A stretch of DNA of 63,989 bases, counting the filler, from Perkinsus olseni (taxonomy: Eukaryota), in the NCBI GenBank assembly GCA_013115125.1. It is 4 parts of 4 records of this genome, joined end to end, with 100 filler letters (N's around TTAATTAATTAA, not from the genome) between each part and the next. Parts side by side here need not be neighbours in the genome. Positions count along the whole stretch, not along the records: positions 1 to 15,981 come from JABANN010000687.1; 3 more parts are not named here. One strand, 5' to 3'. This document shows positions 1 to 12,691 of this stretch, one piece after another. A program made the translations under genes and the position numbers. Every line of letters starts with the position of its first letter. Position 1 is the stretch's first letter. The notes beneath the pieces are model-generated. The model was not told the origin of the DNA. It worked only from the letters and a program-made list of their open reading frames with translations, and did not search any database.

Positions 1-73
1 CTTTATTAAATTGCTCTGGGGATTTACTAATTTGCTCTGGGGTTTTACTAAGTAGGTCTGGAAATGGTGTAGA
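1..73. repeat. Terminus of a dispersed repeat (probable DNA transposon end with ~20-bp subterminal repeats)
   Basis: ...TTTACTAAGTAGGTCTGGAAATGGTGTAGA recurs inverted at 15910-15981 and in the same orientation at ~48340-48477; internal repeats AATTGCTCTGGGGxTTTACTAA. Confidence 0.7.
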
Positions 74-79
74 CCGATT

Positions 80-800
80 GGCGCCTTCGTCCGACGGAGC
101 CATCGAGCGTTTCCTCCATCGTCGACGCTCCCTCGACACGCTGTCCAACACGGTGAATACTGGGCTTTGTCATTCGCTACCACTATCAAAAAAACATCAG
201 CGCCCGATACTCCCCACATCCGTGTTGGATTTCTTCCAGATCGCCTCGTCCAAACTGTGGGGCACTTAGTTTGAGGGAAAGGTACACAAGCAGTAGCTCC
301 GGATTGACTACGGACTCCGTAGTACGGAGCCGAACATTCGAGGTGACCACTTGCTCTCGATACTTTTTTTCGTGTAAGACTATCAGCAGCTCGGCTCTCG
401 ATCCGCTCCTCATACGCAATTTCACTCTATGGTCGCCCTTGTCGATAGGATTCCCTATCATAACCTTACCGGCCGCGTCCACTTGGGATACGGCAAGGCA
501 CATGCCGGGCACGTCATGCCCTGCCCTCATGGGAGGAAAGACCGCGCCTTCCAGAGGCGCATGACAAGCATTCGCTCGTCTTCTGTCTTTCAGGGGCCCA
601 ACTTGAGCCGCTCAAGCTTATACACCCCAGTCACGACTCGCAACTGGAGCGGCTTGTGGCCCACGAAGCCCCTCGAAGATTTCTTTTCCGGTGGGCCCTG
701 GTCTTAACCCTGACAGGGTTACCATGATCAAATCAGGCTGACCTCATCCCTGGGCGAAACCTCATCGATGAGTACCAAACACTGCTGTGCTAAGGAGCCC
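80..800 (-). mobile_element. Degenerate LTR-retrotransposon (Ty3/gypsy-like) RT-connection/RNase H relic
   Basis: Frameshifted minus-strand translation resembles the RT-RH junction (..RNLRG/RGFVG.., ..SQVDAAGKVMIG.., ..SRAELLIVLHEKK..); many stops. Confidence 0.35.
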
Positions 801-3800
801 AGCGACCAAACGCGGTTTAGGAATTGCGTGATTCCTGGTCCGAGAAATTCCCATCATCGAAGGCTCAGTTCGCTACCAGAGGGGAAAGGGTGTGACCTCG
901 CCGGCCCGACGGGTTCTGCGAGCTTCGCCTCACCGACGCGCGTCCGACACGCCGTGAGCAGTTTTGTAGTACGCTCCCCGCGCACGACAGAACCGAGGGC
1001 TTCTGTCCGAGGCCAAGATTGCCGTTGCGGCAACGCGGAAGCCTCGGGTTCAAACTCGAGACAACTCTTCGACTTTGTTACTGAAAATTGCAAACAACTG
1101 CAAGCTTTGGCACTTGCTCCCACTTTCGATGTAGAACTCATATGCTATTCAGACAGCCTCGCGCCGACCTGCAGTAACCCGCTGTTTTTTTTCGGAAACT
1201 GGGCGCGCTTCAAAATCGCGTCACGCCAAGATGTTCCGGAGCACGGCAATGCCGTGACGGCATCTCGGTACTCTGCGAGAGGTGGCACGGCCTTAGCATT
1301 GTAAGCGCGTGCCTTTCAAGACCGGGGTGGCACACTGTCACAGTGCTACTGTGGCATGAATCGTCCTGGATCGGATGCAAGCGGAGGCAGCTTCCAGTTG
1401 GGGCAGGCTGCCCTCACCCCCGGGCTAACGCGGAAGTAGCTTGGTGAGACTACTCGACTAGTAACGTCACTTTACTGAAGTGCCTCTGGCACGCACGGAC
1501 ACTTCCCAGTGGGTTCTACCGTAGCACGTACGTGGCGCAGGCAACGATGGGGAGCCAGCAGGAGGCCTGACAGTGTCACGGTTACACTGTCCACAGGAAT
1601 GTCCCACGTACAACTGAGGGTCTCAACTCTAGACTCTATCTTCAACAAGACTGTTGCAAGAGCCTCATTCCAAATTATGAGCCGTTCCACAACGTAGCAG
1701 TCACATTATGGGATCACAACGTTACCGGCATGAACAGTCCACGATTCGTGACCCAAGCAGTACGCATCACAGACGTACTAACCGCGATGGATCTCCCCTG
1801 CGTAAACTGATAGCAAATGCTACTGAGTCGCTACTATTCGCACACTGGCTCGACTTGAGCGACTCGAGAGTAACCACGGAAGCTCTCACTGAGCGTCGCT
1901 GAGGCTTACACCTTAGCATTTACCCACTCGATGCGATATACAGTACTGAGTGCAATGGGGACACTGCCCACGTTACCCAAATAACCTCTGGACATTGCCA
2001 CCGGCACTGCCACTGTCTTCAACAGACTCATGTATGCCGATCGCTCAGTCGGTATAACTCCGTAACGGAGTCTCCGTTCGAAGCGACTTTCCGCATCCTG
2101 TGCGACGAAGTAAGGCGAAGTTGCCTACATGTTACAATGTAACCGTTCCATGATGCTCACTCACATCAGCCTTTTGCGACAGTCGTAGGGTCGCGAAGCA
2201 TCTATCGGCGATATACTGTTGCTTTGGGCAACTCGCTCAAGAAATGATAGTCGTACGGTGCGACGGTCGACCTGTGAGCGGGCAATTAGCGCCTGGGACT
2301 CGCAAATCCGCACTTCACGCAGCACTCGCCTGGCAAGCTTTGCAATCTGATGATAAATCTCTGATATCATCCGACCGTTCATGCCTTTCATAGGCGACGC
2401 CCATCTACACGGCAACCGCATCAGACACGCAGCAGAGAGTTCAACCCATCGTTACCGCAACGCGCGAGTCGTGCGGCACGACATTCATGACGAAGGCCGC
2501 TCACTGCGAAAGAAGTTCTTTCGAAGAACTACTCGGGATACCACCCGTGGCACTCTGATCTGACTCACGGGTGGGGAATTCGTGAAGGAAGAGTCGTGCC
2601 AAGCAACAATAGACTCTCAGGCAGGGCCCTAGTACAACAGTACTACACAGAACCCACACGAATATGGCCTTGACGAAAGCCAACGACGAACAACCTACTG
2701 GTGGCTCGCCTCTTTCGCGTGTGTTCACCCACCGGCACCATGCTAGCCCTCACAGGTGATTCCCCGAAACCTCATGTACAATAACGTGACGACGTCACGG
2801 AGACGTATCGAACGTCCGATACAGTTACCCAATACAGCACCACCGCTCTCAGGATGTCCTGACTACGGCATCCTTGTCGTCCTTGAGAGGCACGGCGGGA
2901 TGGGACAATTGGGACAATCCCAGGCGGACATTGGTGGGAAGTCAACAAACGACTCCCAAAGTGGCCTACAAACGACGGTTAGTAACTAACCTCAGGGCCC
3001 TCACTCACGGGAAACGCAAAGTCGCTCATCACCAGCGCTAGCGTCCCAAGCTTACAGCCGTCTATTCAGCAACTGTCTCCGGGTCAGCTGGCAATCTATG
3101 CTCGCTGACCGAGCCTCGATTGCTCGTCACACGGAATCAAGTAAATCATGCGTGTGGCGTATCGAACGCCCAGTGCAATTACCCTCCAGTACGAGCCTCG
3201 TAACGTGGAGTCTAGTGTACTCAGTCACTCGAGTACGCGACGCCGAACCAGGCATCAGTCGCCTCAGACGGGTAGTCAGGTTCCGTCTCCCAACCCCTAC
3301 GCACAACGGCCCTGAAGAAGGCCGTTTACTGCGAAGGAATGGCCTGGCACCAATCCAGGCACATTCGTCTGACTTACACGCAGGTAACCACTAACACAGA
3401 GCCGTGCCGTAAGAGCAACGACTCCTAGGCTGGGTTCTAGTGCTACCGCACTACACAACCCACACGAAGATGGCCTTGAAAAAAGCCAAGCAACGCGGAA
3501 CCTACTGGAGGTTCACCTCATCTGCGTGTGCGCGCCCCCGGCACAATGCCGGCTTTTCCGGGCGCCCTTTCGACAGCCAGTGGCAACTACGTCGCCAACA
3601 AGCTGCCGAGTTGGCCAAGCCAGCAGAACTCACTCCGAACCCGTCGGACAAATGAGCCTGCTCCTGCTTGGAGAAAGGAAGGCCACAGGGTCTGTGGCCC
3701 AGACAACCTCCGCCATGGCATACTTCAAGTCAGGACGTCGTCCTCATCACTTCGTCGACGGGTACGAGTCGAAGGACGGGTCCAGCTGTGAGGCTCACAG

Positions 3801-4449
3801 TGTGAGTCATCAGAAAACCACAGGAAAAAAAAATCAGTGCCGAAGGGCACCATTAGCTCAACAACACGATGCGAAGCCGTGCCTGGAGCTTCCGAAGGAT
3901 TCCTACCTCCGCACCATTCATGCGTTTCATGCCCGAATCCAACTTAGCGCACGCCCGATATCCAACCAATTCGACGATAAGCCAGGGTTCTATCCCCAGC
4001 TAATCGATTTCTCCTCCAAGAAACCGTGCCGTATTTCTCTCCAATAGAAATCGATGAGCTGGGCCCCACTGTCCAGCTGGGCCCCCGCTAGAACCCTGGA
4101 CTCCAGCCTCAGAAAATAGGCTCTATCTCCAGGGCCTGGAGATAGAGCCTATGTTCTCGGACATTTGGGACTCGGAGGAATTACCTCTCTCGCGCTTTTG
4201 ACCACAATTTACGGATGTGCTAAGTTGGCAAGACGCTCATGAAAGTGAATTTATTGTCGAAGCTGCGTGTCTTCACGGCTGGATTTTGCGGTGGTAGCCA
4301 CCCGGTGACTACCACCGCAAGGTAGCGTTCATAACTTATGAACGCCTTCTGAGGCATAAGGTGCACCTACGCTGAGGTGCTTCGCGAGGATCCTTTCTTG
4401 TGGAAACTTCACGAGCCGTCTAAAAGCTCTCAATGGGGGTATACCACCG

Positions 4450-4935
4450 TTGAAGGAGTGCTGTAGCCGCATCAGTACCGCATAGCGACATCAGTGATAA
4501 CTTTACGCATCGAAGTTACCACGTTTCGAGCAAGTCATGACGGCCTACCAGTAATGTCGTTCCTAAGCTGCCCTCAACACTTGCTGCACACAATGACTGC
4601 TGATACTCCGGTTGAGTCTAGCCAACGAACGAGTCTCTCCTTTTCTGTGTTGCTTCATTTGTAGTTCAATCAATAGCCATTCAACGGTCGCTGAGCGAGA
4701 ATCTATTCTCATCGGGGCAACCGATCTATCGGAGCATAGACGCTTCATAATTCCCACCATTCACAGACGGGGACAGCTGCAGGCCGCCACCGTTGAACAT
4801 GCACTTGAGAGAGTCTCGTGCCGTTACAATTTGCGATTGCCAAGTCACTTGGGAACTCGTGCTTTGGAACAGCTTCAAACTTTTTCAACACGAGCGTGGT
4901 TTGAAGCCGGCCTCGCCGTCATCATTAGGATGTCA
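4450..4935 (-). mobile_element. Decayed transposon fragment, paralogous to 7450-7630 (possible hAT 5' region)
   Basis: Shared blocks with 7450-7630 (CTTCAAACxTTTTCAACACGAGCG; GCCGGCCTCGCCxTCATCA). Confidence 0.4.
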
Positions 4936-5803
4936 AGGAGGCCCTAAGGCTTCTCAGAGACCTCGCGTGCCTCGTTTCCCTCACCGGCACCAGGGTTCAC
5001 CACAATAGCACGTGTCTCCGTGCTCTGGGTGAGCGTCTCCATCCGATTAGGCTCATCGACTTTTATCTTTACTGGCGTTCGCAAGTAAGGGAACGAAATA
5101 TTCTCAGAACTAGCTCATTTTTCGAAGAGGCTGGTAGTCCTAGCATGGTACTCAGTCGGGAGTCTCCCAAGGAAGACTGTCCCTCTATGCCCCCCCCACG
5201 GAAGGAGTCTCCTTCCTGTATCCGTAACTCACTTCTGTCTTTCCAGTCGTGAGCAAAGAGCAAAATTCCATTGTATCTCCAATTTCTGATCGCAGGTCTC
5301 ACGGAACGTCACATTTTGCGTACACCGCTCGAAGCAGTTGGAAACGGCAGATCTTTCGTCATAGTTGTGATCTGCGGCTCTAGGTCAGGGGTCTTGATGT
5401 CCTGCATCCTAGCGTCGCCCCCTCCGACGTCACGCCGGTTGTATCCATCATTGTCTCGTGACGTTCTCCTCTACACGCGCCCCTTTTCCAGTATGCATGC
5501 AGTACATGCTGTGACTGAGGTTTTATGACGTTGGCGCCCCATATGCCAACCATCTGTCATTCTCTTTCTTGGTAATTTACCCGAGAAGTGTGGTTAATAA
5601 CAACTGGTTATGTCATCCAGTTCCCATGACTAGCGCGCAAAGGTGGCGCACAGATTCATGCGTGACAGTGGGCCAGCAAGACGTGACACGATCGATTAAT
5701 GCGTAGGGTAAAACAGGTGGAACTGGATTGGTTATTGCATTCACCGGCCGCGAGAGGCAGTGGGGTTATCTGGCTCTTTTCAGGACTTATTTCTCATTCA
5801 ATT

Positions 5804-6322
5804 ATGTTCATCGCTCTAAGGTATCTGCTCTCGACCCTACTTCTGACTTCGATCTTCGCTCAGCAGCCCGAAAGCCCGAGCTCTCGGCTGCTCAATGAAA
5901 CTGCCGTGCCACAACCTGAAGCGGCTCCGGCTAATGGAAGCGGTGATGCTGCTTTCTGGCTGCAAATGGCCGCCCAAGTGCGAAACGAGTTGGTGCATCT
6001 GGCTGAAGATGGCCAGAGCATACTACCAGAACTGGCTATCGCAGCCGCAGACGACGAGCACCCTTTTTGGATGTGGTTGGCGGCTCAGATGGAGGAAGAG
6101 TTCGATAATCTTGGTCTCGATAACACTGACATACTACAAGTCCCTAGCAGAGTCGAGTACGATGTAGGCTTTTTGTTGGCAAGAATTGCTGCTCAAACAT
6201 CTCCCTCAAGCTTCCCGGCTATCGACGACCTCGACTTATCACAACCTCAGGCTGCCGTTGCGAGAGAGAAGGAGCACCCTTTTGCGACATGGATCGCGAG
6301 TATTTTGGCGTGGTTTTTTTAG
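5804..6322 (+). CDS. Secreted protein with four ~35-aa internal repeats
   Basis: Signal peptide MFIALRYLLSTLLLTSIFA; repeats DAAFWLQMAAQ / EHPFWMWLAAQ / DVGFLLARIAAQ / EHPFATWIAS. Confidence 0.7.
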   Translation: MFIALRYLLSTLLLTSIFAQQPESPSSRLLNETAVPQPEAAPANGSGDAAFWLQMAAQVRNELVHLAEDGQSILPELAIAAADDEHPFWMWLAAQMEEEFDNLGLDNTDILQVPSRVEYDVGFLLARIAAQTSPSSFPAIDDLDLSQPQAAVAREKEHPFATWIASILAWFF

Positions 6323-6989
6323 AGACAAGGTAAAAATTACCTTGTCGGCTCTTCGATAATCAGCCTGCTCCGCCGTTTGGTACTGACATTATGTCAATGA
6401 CATGCCGTCAAGAGCCTTCTAATGATATAATATATCACCGTCGGCATTGGTTGTGGGGCCTCAATTGCGACACCTAATGATCGTGGCCGACACAATTCTG
6501 TCCTGTCAAGCACTAAATGTGCTTGTGATCTAACCCGAGCATGCGTATTTTTCTCGGGCCTGGCAATGGCCAATCCACTGGTCATTAGTAGATGGGTCTT
6601 TCGTAGTAGCCGATCAAGAGGCCCCCTGTTTTTCAAGTCGTCTTGCTGTGGACAAGAACCCTGTGCGTCATCCTGTTGCCGGCATGAGTAGGCAGCAGGT
6701 GAAGCATGAGTAAAGTCGCTGCGTAACGGCCTATCATTGGATTAATCATCGGCCTATCAAGTGCTATCATTGGATTAACTCCCTTGTTCGACTCATACTC
6801 ATTCAATAGTCTCTTCTCTGATTCTTAGAGGTGATGAGCTCAGTTTCAGGCGGCCGAAGACTAACACTTAGGATATGAGTGATTCTCAGAGGGCATCGAT
6901 CGGAACGATTCCTTACCTAACAACTTTTTAGTAACAATTGGGCCGTTAGACGCTGAGCGTCTGACGCTCCCTCGGAGGGAGCCTACCCT

Positions 6990-7640
6990 CTTTTATCCCT
7001 TTACCAGGTGTTTCTCCAGTACATCGTTTGCGTTGAGTTTACGTTGGGTTTCAAAATAGCAGATGCTGGGGGAGAAGGCCTCGGCTTGCAATACCAGTAT
7101 TGTTCCTGAACAACGCATCTGGTGCCTTGGAGGACGCGACGGGTGTCGCCCTCGAAGGCTTCCCAACTCGAAGTATACGGTGAAGTGGCGATTCCCAACG
7201 GCCAATATCGCTTCCCGAGGAAGCGATACTGGCCATGATTAGCCCGCTCGGGGGCTGAGTGGCCCAGGAGAATAGTTTCCTCTGGAAACGGTTTCCAGGA
7301 AACCGCCCTAGAGTGATGAGTACTTCTCTGTTGCCTGGGCAATTCTCTGCCAAGGAGATGGTTAACAAACCTACTCTTGAACACCGCAGGCTCGATCGCG
7401 CGCAGGAGCATTACTGTATTTTTTCCAGAAATCTCCTGTAATTTCCCAGCAATTCACAGATGGGCACATCTACACTGCGAGCCTGCCGCCCCTCTACATG
7501 TATTCGAGCGAATCTTCTACCATTACAAGGGAATTAAGAACTCGTGCCCTGAAATCCTTCAACTTCAAACATTTTCAACACGAGCGCCGCGCTCGGAGCG
7601 CGGCTTCTTGCCGGCCTCGCCATCATCAGGACACACGCTG
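6990..7640 (-). mobile_element. Degenerate DNA transposase relic (hAT-like)
   Basis: Broken frames with weak similarity to hAT N-terminal and first catalytic-D regions; paralog at 4450-4935. Confidence 0.3.
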
Positions 7641-10600
7641 AATAGAACGGCACTAACGATGTTCACTATTCACGCGTGATTTCAACTATGTCGCAGAAAA
7701 ATCGCGGGAAAAATTCTGTTTCAATGTTTCCCATGTTTGTTCGTGGCTGTCGGCGACAGGAATAAAACACGGGCGCTTTCGAGGAGGGCCGTCAAAGTTC
7801 AGTGACAGATCTTATGATTTGGCGAAGCCGCTTCGCGATGACATCTTCAAAAATTTGGTGGTAGATGAAGAACTCACGGACACACTAGCCGCGGTCCGGG
7901 AAGCTAGCCGCGCCGTATTGAGCTGTGTACCTGAGATGAAAGCTCATACATATTGCCTAATGACCTATGAATCGTAGGCTATGATATTACCTGTAAGATT
8001 CAGGATAGACAGATCAATGATCTGAGATCATAGAAAATTCAAAATACAATCTTCCGCTCGTATGCTATATCGTAAAGTTAACACTGGTATGAACTGATAC
8101 TTCATTGTTTGGGGTCACCACAACATCAACGATGCACCATTGCTACCTCGGTGACACCACCCTTGCGGGGGACATTGGCCCCAATCAAGTGGCGCCCTTC
8201 ATAACTTCGCAAAAAAAGGATTCGAGGTAGGTAACACCTACTAGGTATTCTGGCGGCCAGGATCTGGCCAACTTAGACATTGTGTAAGTATCTGCGTCAC
8301 CTCTGTAAGGAGACTCCTAGCGAGGACTCCTGGCGACCTTGAACTGCATACCAAAATGAGCGTGGCACATGATTCTACGTGCGTACCCTTTCGAGGGTTG
8401 TCTCCATACAGTAGGACACCGTCATTGCTTGCATGAAATGCTACGCGGGGAGAACCCTCACGTTTTCCTCCCCTCGTCGCTGTTCTGAAAGAGCCATCCT
8501 GACTGACTTATGATCATCTTCCCGCCTTGCCGTTACGACCGCTCTACAGAGGCTGTAGGCCGCTAGCTTGGAATAGGGTGGACTCCACCCAGTGGAGCAT
8601 GTCTCCTTATTCCCCCGTTGAGCTATAACAGGCGCAGCTGACTCCGACCACCACAGCAAGAAGCCCCCTCGACATGCGCAGCATCGTTGAAATTTTGTGC
8701 TTCGCGAGCCTACGTGGTGCCGTCATTGATATTGAAGAGCTTAACGTCAGAGGATACCTGTAAGTTAATGTGCGAGCCATCGTCATTCATATAGAGGAAC
8801 GCCACGTCACCCATCAGGAGAACGAACCCCCCTCCGGATCCCTCTCTCGGAAACGGGAGCTTGACCGGCCCGATCCATGGTGCGTTAAATCCTCTACATT
8901 TGTGTATGACCTGCAAGGTCAGGAGGTAATGTCTACGAGAAGCCGGTGGGAAAATGCTATCCCTCCGGAAACAACGATTTAGATGGATGCCGCTGCAATA
9001 CTAAGGAAGCTCCGTTCACGCTGGTGAGCTGGGATGTTGGCTTCAGCTCTAGAAACCCTCAAAGCACGCGCGAATCCCTCTCCAGTTCGTCGACCTTCAG
9101 AAAGGGGACCCGCCGTGAGGTTGTTGAGCAGCCCGGCAGCGGCTGCCTCCATACTTCCTCCGTATCTACTTTCAGGTAGATAAAAATAATGTCGTCGTGT
9201 TCGCAGTCTGCGTGGAGGCCTGCGTTACAACTAAGAGCTGTTTAGAGCCCCCTAGCGGGTCAGCAGAATGCTACGTCAATCGTTGCTTCGTCAGCTGTTG
9301 GACACATGCCGTAAGCAAGCTGATGTTCTTTGGCGGATAGTGCGCCCCCTGAGCTTTCTCTTCGCACTCTCAGGACTGCCCGGAATCGGGAATGTGCGTA
9401 GTTTTTCGATCCCCCAGAGAAAACGCCTGTCTGTACAAGAACTAATGCTGACTGGCAGTCAATGATTGCCTCTCCAGTGAAGAGTCGCCACTCCCGAATT
9501 TTGTTTCCAGGTCAGATCATACTCATTTTAATGATCAATATCTAAATAATGTTGCGGAAATCGTCAGAGCCCTGCTGCGATACAGCATTCAATTTTGATT
9601 GACAAGCATCTTTATGACAAGTAGTGTGCGTACAGCATAGCGACGCTATGATAGCGTTCTATTCTTTTTAAGAGAATCTCTTACACTCTTTACCAGCTGT
9701 CAGGCATGAGGCGCTGTTTTTCATTCTGCACGACGTGGTTCAGTGTTATCATAACAATATTGATAATGGGATTATCGCAGTTAACTTGCTACTCATTACG
9801 CGCCGGTCGTCTTGTGCACGCGTCGCGCACTCATTGAGTGCATGATGCGTGCATAGCCCATACTCCCGCCCCCCGAATAGAACTTGGTATACAGAGTTTA
9901 CACTCCTTCTCGCCTTGCGTTGGCTATGAGTAACAACAGAGAAGCAACACATACGTAAAGCCGAGAGCTCTCCTGAGGCCCGTGACACGAAGGTGACACG
10001 ACTTGCGATATTGCAGCTCAGTTCTGATGCAGTTGCAGCCCTTACAACTGTCGTTGTTCATTTTTTATTCACCTCGCCCCCCCTCCCGGTGGTGCCTGGT
10101 GATGGCGCTGCTCCGCGCGACAAAGCCGTGCTGAGCGGTAGCGCCGTCCCAGCCGCTAAGTTGCTAGGTGTGGTAAAGGCTTCACCTAGCAACGCGAGCT
10201 AGCCCAATACCTCCAGCGGAGGGAAGTCTCCTTCCGGATATCAGATGTTGAGTGCTGGTGGGTAATCCCGCTTATTGAGTTAACACGAGACAGAGTTGGT
10301 TAGCCTGATTCTAACTTATACAGTACCAGACATCTAGAGACCGGAAACGGTTGTGCAGGGATAACTTCTACGGAAAAGTGAGTTCGGGGGTGATTTTTTT
10401 TGGTGAGTACTTGATGCATATATACATTGCTTGCGATGGGTCAGCAACCGTTTTTCGATGAAACTGAAAATTACCCGACAGTTCGCTACGACGTAGCAAA
10501 CTGTCACAGGTTTGTAGCAGCTACGCTCTTGTTTGTGCGTGCAGAGTAGTCTGTACGCAAGCTATATTTCAAGGTCCATCTCACAAGCGCTCTTAGGCCA

Positions 10601-11411
10601 GAGAGTATTGTAAACTTGAAGTTATATGTTATGTAACAGTGTTACAGTAACACTAGTAGTGTTACGCTACCCTACGTTAGCTCATACGGAGTCAGAGGAG
10701 GTGAAGTGTGGAAACCCCGGCATACGAGCAGTAGTTTTGTATATCTTCACGTCCGGGATTTGCAAAGTTGTAGCCTGAGCCTTCAGGAAGAGCCTTCCGC
10801 AAACTGCCGTCGGCAGTCTGCCGAGGCTAATGGACAACAGTACCAAGTCATTGGTGCTCTGGTACCCTCCCTTGCCGCGATTTCGGAGTTCGAATCCCTG
10901 TAGAGGGCAACCGAATAATGACTTCAGCGAGGGAAGATGTGGTCCGACCACAGTGGTCGGGTAAGGGTCATCGTTACCTAACCACAAGTCGTATTTGTTT
11001 CTCCTCCACTGTCGTTCATAGTCAACGCACGGCGGGAGTGTATAGTCTCCCTGCTTCTTCTAAGCTTATCCCCGCGAATGGGAATAGTTATGCACGCATC
11101 CACAAGAAACAGCATCGACAGTGTGGGAGCTCTGTAACAGAGCCTCTCTCGAATGATTCGAGTCGAATCTTCAGGTTTGAGGGAACAATCGCACGGTGCG
11201 ATTCGCACCTTGCGCTCGACTCGTTCTTAAAAGCATAGGCTAAGCCTCAAGGCTCCAAGACTCACAGCGTGGGCTACAGTGCAGCATGGGGCTTGCTGCT
11301 GTATATCGCAGCCTGCATGTCACGGTGACAAGCTGCGAGCTGAGCTTAGAGAGCAGCAAACGACTCCGAGTCGGAATTTCCGACAATCACGGTATCAGAA
11401 ACCTCATCACC

Positions 11412-11913
11412 ATGCTCACCATCATTAGTATTCTGTGCTTCGTGCTCCACGCAGGCTTCGTGGACTCATCAGGGAATATCTACGAGACGCCGGCAGGGAC
11501 ATGCTACGTCTATAATGGAGCCGCAGCAGGATGCGATTGCAGCTCTGATCTTGTTTTCAGCATCCACGTGGGTATACCATCATCGACCGCTGAAATGTTG
11601 CCGATACATTTCGAAATTCTCAGTGATGATTCTCAGAATAAACAAGGAGTCATCTCCTCAGCCGTCTGCTCGAAGAGGTGCACCACCGCGGAGCAGTGCC
11701 CCTTGCCTCCCTTTCGGTCTCCAGCAATGAAATGTGTTGACGGATCGTGTGTTATAGGATGTGTCGATGACCAAGTGAGTCATCCGAGGACTCTCAACGC
11801 AGGAATTCGCTTCATATTCTCAGGACTGTCGAGGTTTCCTGACCCAGCCGGGGTACTGCCAAGATTCACTACAATATAAAGTTATAGGGCATGCCTGTAT
11901 GTACAAGCAGTAG
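11412..11913 (+). CDS. Small cysteine-rich secreted protein (2 exons)
   Basis: Signal peptide MLTIISILCFVLHAGFVDS; Cys-rich body; GT-AG intron ~11775-11823; last exon DCRGFLTQPGYCQDSLQYKVIGHACMYKQ*. Confidence 0.75.
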
Positions 11914-12164
11914 CACGGTTGCTGTTAGAAAAAATCGAGGAAGTTCAATTGACCTTCGTATGTATCCATCGGATATTTGTTCACAGAGGAAAGCAGCAGT
12001 GGCCAGGTATCCCATCCGATGTCCTGTATTCACGCCCTGTTTCGACTTCTGGTCATTCCGTTCAGTGACGAGAAGTATAGGACATGGGTATGATAACTGG
12101 CGTGTGTGGGGAGAACAGACATCGTTGGGGATTTAGTCAGTAAACGATGTCATCATTGATGATC

Positions 12165-12211
12165 CGTTATCTGCTTACGAAGCAGACGTTCTAACACTGA
12201 GCTGAAGTGGC
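12165..12211 (-). pseudogene. Truncated tRNA-Thr(CGU) relic (5' half and anticodon arm)
   Basis: GCCACTTCAGCTCAGTGTTAGAACG-TCTGC-TTCGTAA-GCAGA; T arm missing. Confidence 0.55.
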
Positions 12212-12312
12212 CTACGCGACGTGTTACCCAGCAAATGAGAGGCCGAATAACAGCAACGCAAGATCTTTCTCATACAGTCATCAGAGGTCGATGCGATACT
12301 ACCAAACACTCC

Positions 12313-12384
12313 AGCCACTTGCCAGGACTGAACTAACGACCTTCTGCTTAGGAAGCAGACGCTCTACCACTAAGCTAAAGCGGC
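12313..12384 (-). tRNA. tRNA gene or pseudogene, CCU anticodon on a tRNA-Thr-like body
   Basis: 72-nt cloverleaf: acceptor GCCGCTT/AAGTGGC, anticodon arm TCTGC-TTCCTAA-GCAGA, weak T arm with loop TTCAGTC. Confidence 0.6.
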
Positions 12385-12691
12385 TTATGAACAATGCCCC
12401 CCTGAAACTGAAGGACCAAAAACCGTAGTGCAAGATCCTTCTACTGCCAGCAAAGGATAAAGCCATTTCAGCGAAATGATTTCACGGAGCCCCCCTCACG
12501 TTCTCTATGCGAGACACATCAGTCGATGTTGGCTTTCTGCGGACATGAGCTGGACAGTTAGACACAGTATGTCGATCGGAGCTTGCCTATAATGTAGCGG
12601 CTGATGCTCACCCAAAGTTCACACGGTGAAGTTCACAGTTATGGGCTGGGCTCGCTAACTACGGCTGAGCCACGATGATCGTGGCGTGAGC

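Noticed and set aside
1-73. Short periodic repeats as CRISPR or telomere
   Set aside because: No unique spacers or cas genes, eukaryotic context, and not a simple telomeric unit
12640-12690. tRNA-iMet-like half next to the LINE tail, suggesting tRNA-targeted insertion
   Set aside because: Similarity is weak and partly produced by the palindrome at 12669-12685
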